Part shown: piece after piece, positions 1 to 8,114 of the stretch | How positions within the stretch are numbered: the stretch's first letter is position 1 | Layout: every line of letters begins with the position of its first letter | NCBI RefSeq assembly: GCF_008065095.1 | Contig: NZ_CP042911.1 | Coordinates: 6,600,001-6,632,000, forward strand | From: Gemmata obscuriglobus | Lineage (GTDB): Bacteria > Planctomycetota > Planctomycetia > Gemmatales > Gemmataceae | Length of the DNA stretch: 32,000 bases | Direction: 5' to 3' | Position numbers and translations under genes: made by a program | The notes under the pieces: model-generated | What the model was told of the DNA's origin: nothing | The model's database searches: none | What the model saw: the letters and a program-made list of their open reading frames with translations, nothing else

Positions 1-2
1 AC

Positions 3-3000
3 CTGACCTACCGGGTCGAGTTCACCGGCGGGCGGAGCGACGACTTTCGCGTCAAGGTGTTCGAGCACCCCGAGCTGCGGAAGGTGAACGCGGGTCTGGT
101 GTTCCCGAACTATACCGCCCTGGAGCCGAAGACGATCGACGACGTCCGCCACGTCACCGCGGTGGAAGGCACCGAGATCACGTTGTACTGCCACCTCAGC
201 AAGGCGGTCACCCGGGCGGTACTCGTTGACAAGCAGAAGCAGGAGCAGCCGCTCATTCCGCACGACATCGAGCGTCACGTTTACAAGATCACCCTGACCC
301 CGACCGCTTCCGAGCGGTATCAGGTGCAACTCGCGGACGCCGACGGCCGCGCCAACAAGCTGCCGGCCGACATCACGATCAACGTGACCCGAAACATGCC
401 GCCCGTTGTGACGGTGCCGCAACCCGGCCGCGACGCCCGCGTCTCGCCGCTGGAAGAACTGCCGCTCAAAGCCGACCTGCGGGACGATTTCGGGGTCGTG
501 CGGCACGGCCTCACGGTCACGGCGGTCGGTCAATCTCCCCAAGAGGTCGTGCTGGGGGAGGGCGCCGGGAAGGCGGCCCCGAAGCGGGTGCAGCCCACAC
601 ACCTGATCGACTTCGAGAAGCTGAAGGCGCAACCGGATCAGGTGGTGTCGTACTACTTCTGGGCCGAGGACATTGGCCCGGACGGCAAGCCACGCCGCAC
701 CTCCGGGGACATGTACTTCGCGGAGGTCCGCCACTTCGAGGAGATCTTCCGCCAGGGCGAGCAGCAGACCGCCGAGCAGCAAGAGCGGGAGCGCCAGGAG
801 CGCGAACAGCAGGGTCAACAAGGCGGTAACGCCGAAGCCGCCGACCAGCTCGCGGAGATGCAGAAGCAGATCGTGAACGCCACGTGGCGCCTGATCCGCC
901 GCGAGGTCTCGATCACCCCGACCGACAAGTTCGCCCCGGATGTCAAGCTGCTCGGCGAGTCGCAGCAGGCGGTCATCGATCGGGCCGGCGCGCTGTCCGA
1001 GCGCCTCCAGGGCGAGTCCGCCGAGCACCTCGGCCGGGCGGTCAAGTTGATGGAAGAGGCGAAGAAGCGGCTCGGCGAATCGGCGGACCAGAACGCCCCC
1101 GGGACGCTGCCCGCCGCGCTGGCGTCGGAACAGGCCGCGTACCAGGCGCTCCTGAAGCTCCGCGCCCGCGAGTTCGACGTGACGCGGAACAACTCCCGCC
1201 AGCAGCGGCAGAGCGGTTCGTCGGCGAACAGCAGCCGCAGCCCCTCCCAGCGGCAGCTCCAGCAACTCGACCTGGCCGACGAGCGGCAGCGGTACGAGAC
1301 CCAGAGCGCCGCCCGCGAGCAGCGCAACCAGCAGGCCCAGCGGGACCGCGAGCAGCGCGAGAACCAGGAGTTGGCCGACCGGCTCAAAGAACTGGCCCGC
1401 CGGCAGACCGACCTGACCGACCGGGTGAAGGAGCTGCAATCGGCGCTCGAGCAGGCCCGGGACCAGAAGCAGAAAGAGGAGCTGCAACAGCAGTTGAAGA
1501 AGCTCCGCGACCAGCAGCAGCAGGTGCTCCGCGACACCGACCAGCTTCAGGAGCGGTTGGAGCAGGAGCAGAACCGCGACCGGCTGGCCGGCGCGCGGGA
1601 GCAGGTCGAGCAGAGCCGCGAGGCCGTCCGGCAGGCGTCCGAGGCGCTCGAGCGCGGCCAGTTGGGGCAGGCGGTCAACGAGGGCACGCGGGCGCAGCGG
1701 CAGCTCGACGCCACGCGCGAGCAACTCCGCCGCGAAACGGCCGCCCGGTTCGGCGAGGAGATGCGCGACCTGCGCCAGCAGGCCCGGAAGCTGGACGACG
1801 AGCAGCAGAAGCTCACCAAACAGCTCGACGAGCTGAAGCAGAGCCCGAAGCCGGGGCTGAACTCCGGCACGGACCGCGAGCAGGTGCAAAAGGGGCTGGA
1901 GGAGCAGAAGAAGCAGCTCGACCAGATCACGGATCGGGTGCAGAAGGTGGTTCAAGAGGCGGAGAAGTCGGAGCCGCAACTGGCGCAGGAGCTGTACAAC
2001 ACCGCCCGCACCGCGGCCGAACAGAAAGTCGGGTATTCACTGGATCTGGCCCGCCGGCTCGCCGCGGGCGGGCTCCCGGAGGCCGCCGACGCGTCGCGCA
2101 AAGCGGCCGAGGGCACCGCACAGCTCCGCAAGGGGATCGAGAAGGCGTCCGAGGCCGTCGTGGGCGACCAGACCGACGCGCTGCGGCGCGCCCAGCGCGA
2201 GCTGAACGACTTGTCCGACCAAGTGAACCGCGAAGTCGCCCAGGCGACCGGCCGCCCACAGCCAGGGCAGAACCAGAACCAACCGGGGCAGAACCAACCC
2301 GGACAGAATCAGCCGGCGGCTGCCGGAAAAGAGCCTGGACAGAATCAGCCCGGACAGGGGCAACCGGCCCAGGGCCAACCGGGGCAGAACCAACCCGCGC
2401 CCGGACAGGGGCAACCCGCGCAGGGGCAGCCGGGGCGCAACCAGCCCGGTCAGGGCAACCAACCAGACCAAAATCAGCCCGGGCAGGGGCAACCGGGACA
2501 GGGACAGCAGGGACAACCCGGACAAGGGAACGCGCCCGGTCGGAACCAACCGGGGCAGAACCAAACCGGCCAAGGACAGCCGGGGCAGGCGCAACCGGGA
2601 CAGGGACAGAATCAGCCGGGACAAGGGAACCAACCGGGGCAGAACCAGCCCGGCACCCCGAACCCGCGGCGGCTGACCGATCCGTCCGGCCAGCCCGGCG
2701 GCCGTCCGCAGTTGGGCGGGCGTGAGCAGGGCGAACCCGGCGGAACGGGGGGCGGGGCGGCCGGCGGGCCGATCCGGGAAGAAGGCTTCCGCGAGTGGTA
2801 CGACCGGATGCGGGCGACCGAAGAGCTGATCGACGACCCGCAGTTGCGCGCCGAGGCGGCGCGGATCCGCGAGCGCGTCCGCTCCGCCCGCGAGGAGTTC
2901 AAGCGGCACTCCAAGGAGCCCGACTGGGGCCTGTTCCAGAAGACGGTCGCGCAGCCGCTGAACGAGCTGCGCGACCGGGTGGGCGAGGAGCTGCGCCGCC

Positions 3001-3104
3001 GCGAGTCGCCGAACGCCCTGGTGCCGATCGACCGCGACCCGGTGCCGCCGGAATTCGCCGACGGCGTGCGGCGGTACTACGAGCGCCTGGGGAGCGGCAA
3101 ATGA
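3..3104 (+). CDS. Large coiled-coil/low-complexity envelope protein, 5'-partial. Component of a Bat/aerotolerance-like (MoxR-vWA type) cluster, possibly DUF4175-like.
   Basis: The reading frame is open from the window edge; codons 3-56 have no stop and read LTYRVEFTGGRSDDFRVK. Beta-rich N-terminal modules are followed by a Q/E/R-rich coiled-coil region (about 700-2250). A PGQ(N/G)Q low-complexity tract spans 2256-2665. The C-terminus reads PVPPEFADGVRRYYERLG. The TGA stop overlaps the ATG of the next gene (ATGA at 3101-3104). Confidence 0.6.
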   Translation: MTYRVEFTGGRSDDFRVKVFEHPELRKVNAGLVFPNYTALEPKTIDDVRHVTAVEGTEITLYCHLSKAVTRAVLVDKQKQEQPLIPHDIERHVYKITLTPTASERYQVQLADADGRANKLPADITINVTRNMPPVVTVPQPGRDARVSPLEELPLKADLRDDFGVVRHGLTVTAVGQSPQEVVLGEGAGKAAPKRVQPTHLIDFEKLKAQPDQVVSYYFWAEDIGPDGKPRRTSGDMYFAEVRHFEEIFRQGEQQTAEQQERERQEREQQGQQGGNAEAADQLAEMQKQIVNATWRLIRREVSITPTDKFAPDVKLLGESQQAVIDRAGALSERLQGESAEHLGRAVKLMEEAKKRLGESADQNAPGTLPAALASEQAAYQALLKLRAREFDVTRNNSRQQRQSGSSANSSRSPSQRQLQQLDLADERQRYETQSAAREQRNQQAQRDREQRENQELADRLKELARRQTDLTDRVKELQSALEQARDQKQKEELQQQLKKLRDQQQQVLRDTDQLQERLEQEQNRDRLAGAREQVEQSREAVRQASEALERGQLGQAVNEGTRAQRQLDATREQLRRETAARFGEEMRDLRQQARKLDDEQQKLTKQLDELKQSPKPGLNSGTDREQVQKGLEEQKKQLDQITDRVQKVVQEAEKSEPQLAQELYNTARTAAEQKVGYSLDLARRLAAGGLPEAADASRKAAEGTAQLRKGIEKASEAVVGDQTDALRRAQRELNDLSDQVNREVAQATGRPQPGQNQNQPGQNQPGQNQPAAAGKEPGQNQPGQGQPAQGQPGQNQPAPGQGQPAQGQPGRNQPGQGNQPDQNQPGQGQPGQGQQGQPGQGNAPGRNQPGQNQTGQGQPGQAQPGQGQNQPGQGNQPGQNQPGTPNPRRLTDPSGQPGGRPQLGGREQGEPGGTGGGAAGGPIREEGFREWYDRMRATEELIDDPQLRAEAARIRERVRSAREEFKRHSKEPDWGLFQKTVAQPLNELRDRVGEELRRRESPNALVPIDRDPVPPEFADGVRRYYERLGSGK
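2256..2665 (+). repeat. In-frame degenerate tandem repeat encoding about 135 aa of PGQNQ/PGQGQ low complexity
   Basis: Direct reading shows iterated ccggggcagaaccaacc / cccggacaggggcaacc units. The translation is QPGQNQNQPGQNQPGQNQ...PGQGNQPGQNQPG. Confidence 0.9.
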
Positions 3105-5440
3105 CGGCACCGTCCGTTGTACTCGGGTCCCCGCAGTGGCTGATCCCGGCCGCGGCTCTGGTCGCGGTCGGGGCGTTCATGATCGTTTGGAGCGCCGCCC
3201 GCTGGCGCGGCCGCCGGTCGGTGGCCGTTGCGGCGGCGGCCCTCAAGTTGGCCGGCGTCGCGGCGCTCGCGCTGTGCCTGGTCGAACCGCTCCTGACCGG
3301 GTCGCGCGCCCAGCCGGGCGCGAACGTGTTCGTTGTGCTCGTCGATAACAGCCAAAGCCTGCGGGTCCGGGACGGCGACTCCGCGCGCACCGGGGGTGAC
3401 CGGGTGCGCGCGCTGCTCGAAACGGACGCACGCTGGCGGAACCGGCTGGGCCAGGACTTCGACGTGCGGAACTTCGTGTTCGACACGCACCTCCGCGCGG
3501 CCGACGGGTTCGACGGCCTCGCGTTCGACGGCACGGCCACCTCGCTCCACACCGCCCTCGCCGCGGTCGCCAAGCGGTACCAGGGCCGCCCCCTCGCCGG
3601 CGTGATCCTCGTCAGCGACGGCAACGCCACCGACGCCCCGGACATCGACTGGTCCGCGCTGCCGCCCGTGTACCCGGTCCTCCCGCCCGAGTACGCCGCC
3701 CCGAAGGACGTTGCCGTCCGGCGGGTGACGCTCAACCAAACCAACTTCGAGGCCGCGCCGGTCGCACTTCAGGCGGACATCGCTACCCACGGGTTCCCCG
3801 GGCAGGCCGTGGTCGCGATCGTGACCGACGAAGCGGGAAAGGAAGTCGCCCGGCAAGAAACGACACCGACGGGGGCCGACGAGACGCTGACGTTCCGGTT
3901 CCAGTTGCGACCGGAGCGCGCGGGGGTCGGGTTTTACCGCATCCAGGCGCGGCTGGCCGCCGAAGCCGCGCTCGCGGCCGGCGCACCGTCCGCCGAGGCG
4001 ACGCTGGCGAACAACAGCCGGCTCGTGACCGTGGACCGCGGCGGCGGGCCGTACCGGGTGCTGTACGTGTGCGGCCGACCGAACTGGGAGTTCAAGTACC
4101 TGCGGCGCGCGGTGGACGAAGACCCCGAGGTGCAACTGGTCGGCCTGGTGCGGGTGGCGCGGCGGGAGCCGAAGTTCGACTTCCGCGCGCCCCGCGGGCA
4201 GAACAACCCGCTGTTCCAGGGGTTCGAGCACCCGGACGCCGAGACCGCCGAGCGGCGGGACCAGCCGGTGCTGATCCGGCTCGGCACCCAGGACGCGGTC
4301 GAACTCCGCGGCGGGTTCCCGCAAACCGCCGCGGACCTGTACCGCTACCACGCGGTCATCCTCGACGACATTGAGGCCGCGTTCTTCACACCGGATCAAC
4401 AGTTACTGTTGCGGAACTTCGTCGCCAAGCGCGGGGGCGGGTTCCTGATGCTCGGCGGGCCGGACTCGTTCGCGTCCGGCCGGTACGACCGCACCCCGGT
4501 CGGCGACCTCCTCCCGGTCTACCTCGACGGCGCGGCCCCGCCCACCGGGGGCGAACACCAGTTGGTGCTGAGCCGCGAGGGGTGGCTCCAGCCGTGGGTG
4601 CGGACGCAGCGCACGGAGGGCGAGGAAACCGCCCGGCTCGGCGCCATGCCACCGTTCCACACGCTGAACGCGACGGGGGCGGCCAAGCCCGGCGCGGCCG
4701 TACTGGCCCACGCCCGCGACACGTCCGGCAACACGCTCCCGGCGCTCGTCGTGCAACCGTTCGGCAAGGGCCGGTCGGCCGCGGTGCTGGTCGGCGACCT
4801 GTGGCGCTGGGGGTTGCGGCGGGCCGACCCGGCGCGGGACGATTTTGAGCGCTCGTGGCGCCAAACGGTGCGCTGGCTGGTGGGGGACGTTCCCGGTCGG
4901 GTGGAGGTGCGGGCGGTGCCGACGGCCGGCACGGCGTCGCCCGCCGTCGAACTGACCATCAAGGCAGCGGACGCCACGTACCTGCCGCTCGACAACGCGG
5001 GCGTATCGGTGCGTGTGACGAAACCGAACCGGGAAGAACTCACGCTGACCGCCGAGTCCGACGCGCGCGAAGCCGGCGTTTACGGGGTGAAGTTCGTGCC
5101 GCGGGAGCCGGGCGCGTACCGGGCGGTCGCGACCGTCACCGGACCGGACGGCGCACCCGTCGGCCGCCGCGAGGTCGGCTGGTGCGTGCAGCCCGAGGCG
5201 GACGAGTTCGCCCGGCTGGAACCGAACCGGGAACTGCTCGCGACAGTGGCGAGCCGGACGCGCGGCGAAACGGTCCCCGCCGACGGACTAACAGAGTTCG
5301 TCGCCGGTTTGCCGACCCGCCAGGCGCCGAACATGGCGGCCTGGGTGTCCCCGCTGTGGCACCGGGGGGCGTACTTCCTCGTCGCCGTACTGTGTCTGGT
5401 CGCCGAATGGGGCCTCCGGCGCCGGTACGGCTTGGCCTGA
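3101..5440 (+). CDS. BatA-N-terminal/vWA-like/GATase1-like membrane protein (aerotolerance-cluster type)
   Basis: The ATG at 3101 overlaps the upstream stop. The N-terminus has two TM helices (WLIPAAALVAVGAFMIVW, LKLAGVAALALCLVEPLL), followed by FVVLVDNSQSLRV. The central segment YHAVILDDIEAAFF...GGGFLMLGGPDSF is typical of class-I amidotransferase-like domains. There is a C-terminal TM anchor (AYFLVAVLCLVAEW). I discount the longer ORF-track start at 2795 because it overlaps the previous gene. Confidence 0.7.
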   Translation: MTAPSVVLGSPQWLIPAAALVAVGAFMIVWSAARWRGRRSVAVAAAALKLAGVAALALCLVEPLLTGSRAQPGANVFVVLVDNSQSLRVRDGDSARTGGDRVRALLETDARWRNRLGQDFDVRNFVFDTHLRAADGFDGLAFDGTATSLHTALAAVAKRYQGRPLAGVILVSDGNATDAPDIDWSALPPVYPVLPPEYAAPKDVAVRRVTLNQTNFEAAPVALQADIATHGFPGQAVVAIVTDEAGKEVARQETTPTGADETLTFRFQLRPERAGVGFYRIQARLAAEAALAAGAPSAEATLANNSRLVTVDRGGGPYRVLYVCGRPNWEFKYLRRAVDEDPEVQLVGLVRVARREPKFDFRAPRGQNNPLFQGFEHPDAETAERRDQPVLIRLGTQDAVELRGGFPQTAADLYRYHAVILDDIEAAFFTPDQQLLLRNFVAKRGGGFLMLGGPDSFASGRYDRTPVGDLLPVYLDGAAPPTGGEHQLVLSREGWLQPWVRTQRTEGEETARLGAMPPFHTLNATGAAKPGAAVLAHARDTSGNTLPALVVQPFGKGRSAAVLVGDLWRWGLRRADPARDDFERSWRQTVRWLVGDVPGRVEVRAVPTAGTASPAVELTIKAADATYLPLDNAGVSVRVTKPNREELTLTAESDAREAGVYGVKFVPREPGAYRAVATVTGPDGAPVGRREVGWCVQPEADEFARLEPNRELLATVASRTRGETVPADGLTEFVAGLPTRQAPNMAAWVSPLWHRGAYFLVAVLCLVAEWGLRRRYGLA

Positions 5441-5456
5441 TACGAAGGAGCAACCC

Positions 5457-6422
5457 GTGAGCGTGCTGGTCGCTGTAACGGCTGTGTTAATGGGGCTCGC
5501 GCCGGGCGACCGTCCGCACGTGCTGGTCGTGGTCGGGGCGGCGGGAACGCCGGAGTACGGAGCGGCGTTCCAGAAGTGGGCCGACCGGTGGGGGGCCGCC
5601 GCGCAGAAGGGCGGCTCCGAGTTCATGTGCATCGGCCGGGAACCGGAGGCGAAAGAGTCGGACCGGGACAAGCTTCAGGCGCTCCTGGCCCGGCTCCCGC
5701 GCGCCGGCGCGGCCCCGCTCTGGGTTGTCCTCATCGGCCACGGCACCGACGACGGCCGCGAGGCGCGGTTCAACCTGCGCGGGCCGGACGTCACCGCCCG
5801 GGAACTCGCCGACTGGCTCGGCCCGGTGAAGCGGCCGGTCGCGGTGGTGAACTGCACATCGGCCAGCGGGTCGTTCGTCACCCACCTGTCCGGGCCGGAC
5901 CGGGTCGTCGTCACCGCCACCCGCAGCGGCAGCGAGTCGAACTACGCCCGGTTCGGCGAGCACATCGCGAACGCCATCGGGGACCCGACCGCGGACCTCG
6001 ACAAGGACGGCCAGGTGTCGCTCCTGGAGGCGTTCCTGACCGCCTCCGACCGGGTGCGCGAGTTCTACCGGAGCGAAGGCCGGCTCGCCACCGAGCACGC
6101 CCTGCTCGACGACAACGGGGACAAGCTCGGCTCGGCGGCCGACTGGTTCCAGGGCGTCCGGGCCGTGAAGCGGGCCAAGGACGGCGCGCCCGTTGACGGC
6201 ACCCGCGCCCACCAGTGGCACCTGATCCCGAGCGTGCGCGAGCGGGCGCTCCCGGCGGAGGTCCGCAAGCGCCGCGACGAGTTGGAACTCGCCCTCGCCG
6301 GACTCCGCGACCAGAAAGGTCGTATCGGCGAGGACGAATATTACGCCCGCGTCGAAAAGCTCATGGTCGAACTCGCCCGTCTGTACGCCACGGCGTCCCC
6401 CGTCCCGGTGCCGAAGCCCTGA
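5457..6422 (+). CDS. Secreted hypothetical protein with a legumain/caspase-like (clan CD, C13-like) His-Gly...Cys dyad
   Basis: The start is GTG, preceded by GAAGGAG (5444-5450). The N-terminus is hydrophobic and signal-like (MSVLVAVTAVLMGLA). WVVLIGHGTDDG is followed about 38 aa later by VAVVNCTSASGSF. That spacing and the strand context resemble the legumain HG...EACESGS pattern. Confidence 0.5.
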   Translation: MSVLVAVTAVLMGLAPGDRPHVLVVVGAAGTPEYGAAFQKWADRWGAAAQKGGSEFMCIGREPEAKESDRDKLQALLARLPRAGAAPLWVVLIGHGTDDGREARFNLRGPDVTARELADWLGPVKRPVAVVNCTSASGSFVTHLSGPDRVVVTATRSGSESNYARFGEHIANAIGDPTADLDKDGQVSLLEAFLTASDRVREFYRSEGRLATEHALLDDNGDKLGSAADWFQGVRAVKRAKDGAPVDGTRAHQWHLIPSVRERALPAEVRKRRDELELALAGLRDQKGRIGEDEYYARVEKLMVELARLYATASPVPVPKP

Positions 6423-6480
6423 ACGCGACGGCGCGAGCCGGAAACTCAAGTCGTGATCTCTGGAGTGCCGGGCGGTGGGC

Positions 6481-6488
6481 TATAAAAT
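6481..6488 (+). promoter_or_regulatory. Candidate -10-like AT box (TATAAAAT) upstream of the triad
   Basis: This is the only AT-rich octamer in the 106-bp gap between the Bat-like cluster and the vWA gene. I found no convincing -35 element. Confidence 0.2.
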
Positions 6489-6528
6489 GAGGGCCTGATC
6501 GAACCGCGCGCCCACAACCGATGGCCCG

Positions 6529-7368
6529 ATGCCCTACTCCGCCCAGATCAGCCGAACGAACCCGGCCTGCCTGCTGTTCCTGATCGATCAATCCGGCTCG
6601 ATGGCCGACCCGTTCGTCGGGACCGGCGGGGCGTCCAAAGCGGCAACCGTAGCGGACGCCGTCAACCGGCTGCTCCAGAACGTGGTGCTCCGCTCTGCCA
6701 AGGCGGACGGGGTCCGCGACTACTTCCGGGTCGGCGTCATCGGGTACGGCACCGCCGTCAAGGCCGGGCTCGGCGGCACCGCGCCCTTCAACGTGCTCAC
6801 CCCGATCAGCAAGGTCGGCGATCAGCCGCTGCGGGTCGAGACGCGCACCAAGCTCATCCCCGACGGGGCCGGCGGGGTGCTGGAACAGAAGATCAAGTTC
6901 CCGGTCTGGTTCGACCCCGAGGCGGGGGGCAAAACCCCGATGTGCGAGGCGATGGCCGCGGCCGGGCTGGCGGTGAAGGGGTTCGTCGAGCAGTACCCAG
7001 ACGCGTACCCGCCGATCGTCCTGAACCTCACCGACGGGCTCCCCTCCGACGGCAACCCGCAGGAGCACGCCAAAGCGCTCCGCAAGCTGGGGACCAGCGA
7101 CGGCACCGCCCTGCTGTTCAACCTGCTGATTTCCGGTACGCCCGTGGCCCCGGAGTTCTTCCCGGCCGGGGAAGAGCACCTCACCGACAAGTGCTCCAAG
7201 CTCCTGTTCCGGATGTCGAGCGTGCTCCCGCCGCAACTGTGGGAGGCGGCGCGGGCCGAGGGCCACGACCTGAAGCCGGGCGCGCGGGGGGTGGTGCTCA
7301 ACGCGGACCCGACCGCCATCGTCCGGTTCCTCGACATCGGCACCCGCGTCACGCCCTCCGGGAAGTGA
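6529..7368 (+). CDS. Cytoplasmic von Willebrand factor A (vWA) domain protein, TerY-like
   Basis: The MIDAS motif DxSxS is present in LLFLIDQSGSMAD. A downstream PMCEAM and NLTDGLPSDG (TDG motif) are also present. No signal peptide is visible. The stop lies 2 nt before the next ATG. Confidence 0.85.
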   Translation: MPYSAQISRTNPACLLFLIDQSGSMADPFVGTGGASKAATVADAVNRLLQNVVLRSAKADGVRDYFRVGVIGYGTAVKAGLGGTAPFNVLTPISKVGDQPLRVETRTKLIPDGAGGVLEQKIKFPVWFDPEAGGKTPMCEAMAAAGLAVKGFVEQYPDAYPPIVLNLTDGLPSDGNPQEHAKALRKLGTSDGTALLFNLLISGTPVAPEFFPAGEEHLTDKCSKLLFRMSSVLPPQLWEAARAEGHDLKPGARGVVLNADPTAIVRFLDIGTRVTPSGK

Positions 7369-7370
7369 AC

Positions 7371-8114
7371 ATGCCCGCCATTCGGCCCCCGGAGTGGGTC
7401 TGCGTAACCGCCCCCAAGCGCGGCAACCGCGAGGACGAGAACGAGGACGCCGCCCGCGGGACCGCGGACGGGCTCCGGTTCGTCGTCTCCGACGGCGCCA
7501 GCGAGGGCTGGGAGTCGCGCCCGTGGGCGGCGCGCCTGGCCGAGGCGTTCCTGGCCCGCCCGCCCGGCCCCACCGACTTCGCGGAGTGGCTGCGCGGGGT
7601 TCGCGCGAGCTGGGCCGCACCCGAGCCGGCCGGGCCGGTGCCGTGGTACGCGTCGGTGAAGCGGGAGCAGGGCTCGTTCGCCACGCTCGCGGGGCTGGAG
7701 CTGCGCCGGTCGCAGAACCCGGTCGGCTGGGCGTGGCGGGCGGTCGCGGTGGGCGACAGTTGCCTGTTCCACGTCCGCGGCGACGAGGTGCGGGCCGCGT
7801 TCCCGGTCGACACGCCGGCCGGCTTCGGGAGCCGGCCCCGGCTGGTGCCCAGCACCGGCCCCGCGTGCCCCGAGCCCGAGTGGCTCGCCGGCCGCGCCGA
7901 GCCCGGGGACCTGCTCCTCCTCGCCACCGACGCGGTGGCCGCGCGGCTCCTCGCCCCCGCCGCCCGCGACGTCGGCCTGGCGGCGGCCCGCGCGGCCCTC
8001 GCCGCCCGCGCGCCGGATGTCGTACTGAGCTGGTTCCGTGCGATCCAGGACGCACACAACGACGACGTGTCCCTGATCGCGGTCCGACTGCCCGAAGCCC
8101 CGGAGGTCGCGTGA
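7371..8114 (+). CDS. PP2C-family (PP2C_2/SpoIIE-like) Ser/Thr phosphatase
   Basis: Motifs seen are GNREDENEDA (the NED metal-site motif), FVVSDGASEG, AVGDSCLFHVRG and LLLLATDAV. The stop TGA at 8112-8114 overlaps the GTG start of the kinase at 8111. Confidence 0.8.
   Translation: MPAIRPPEWVCVTAPKRGNREDENEDAARGTADGLRFVVSDGASEGWESRPWAARLAEAFLARPPGPTDFAEWLRGVRASWAAPEPAGPVPWYASVKREQGSFATLAGLELRRSQNPVGWAWRAVAVGDSCLFHVRGDEVRAAFPVDTPAGFGSRPRLVPSTGPACPEPEWLAGRAEPGDLLLLATDAVAARLLAPAARDVGLAAARAALAARAPDVVLSWFRAIQDAHNDDVSLIAVRLPEAPEVA

Noticed and set aside
2256-2665. Possible CRISPR array or non-coding tandem repeat
   Set aside because: The units are short (about 15-18 nt) and degenerate, with no spacers. 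They stay in frame within a long ORF, so this is a coding low-complexity tract.
815-2725. Alternative-frame and antisense ORFs over the coiled-coil/PGQ region (815-1537 minus, 884-2725 plus, 1547-1930 minus, 2037-3110 minus)
   Set aside because: Their compositions (Cys/Ser-rich, Arg/Ala/Gly/Pro-rich, Leu/Pro/Arg-rich) are mirror images of a biased coding frame. None has start context or motifs.
2795-3100. Upstream extension of the BatA-like ORF (track start at 2795)
   Set aside because: It overlaps the well-supported C-terminus of the preceding gene and is Arg/Ala/Pro-rich. The ATG at 3101 forms an ATGA overlap and is immediately followed by the TM helices.
7394-8110. Upstream 239-codon extension of the kinase ORF (track start at 7394)
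   Set aside because: The extension is an RG/RP-rich translation that fully overlaps the PP2C gene in another frame. The GTG at 8111 forms a GTGA coupling overlap, and recognisable kinase sequence begins right there.
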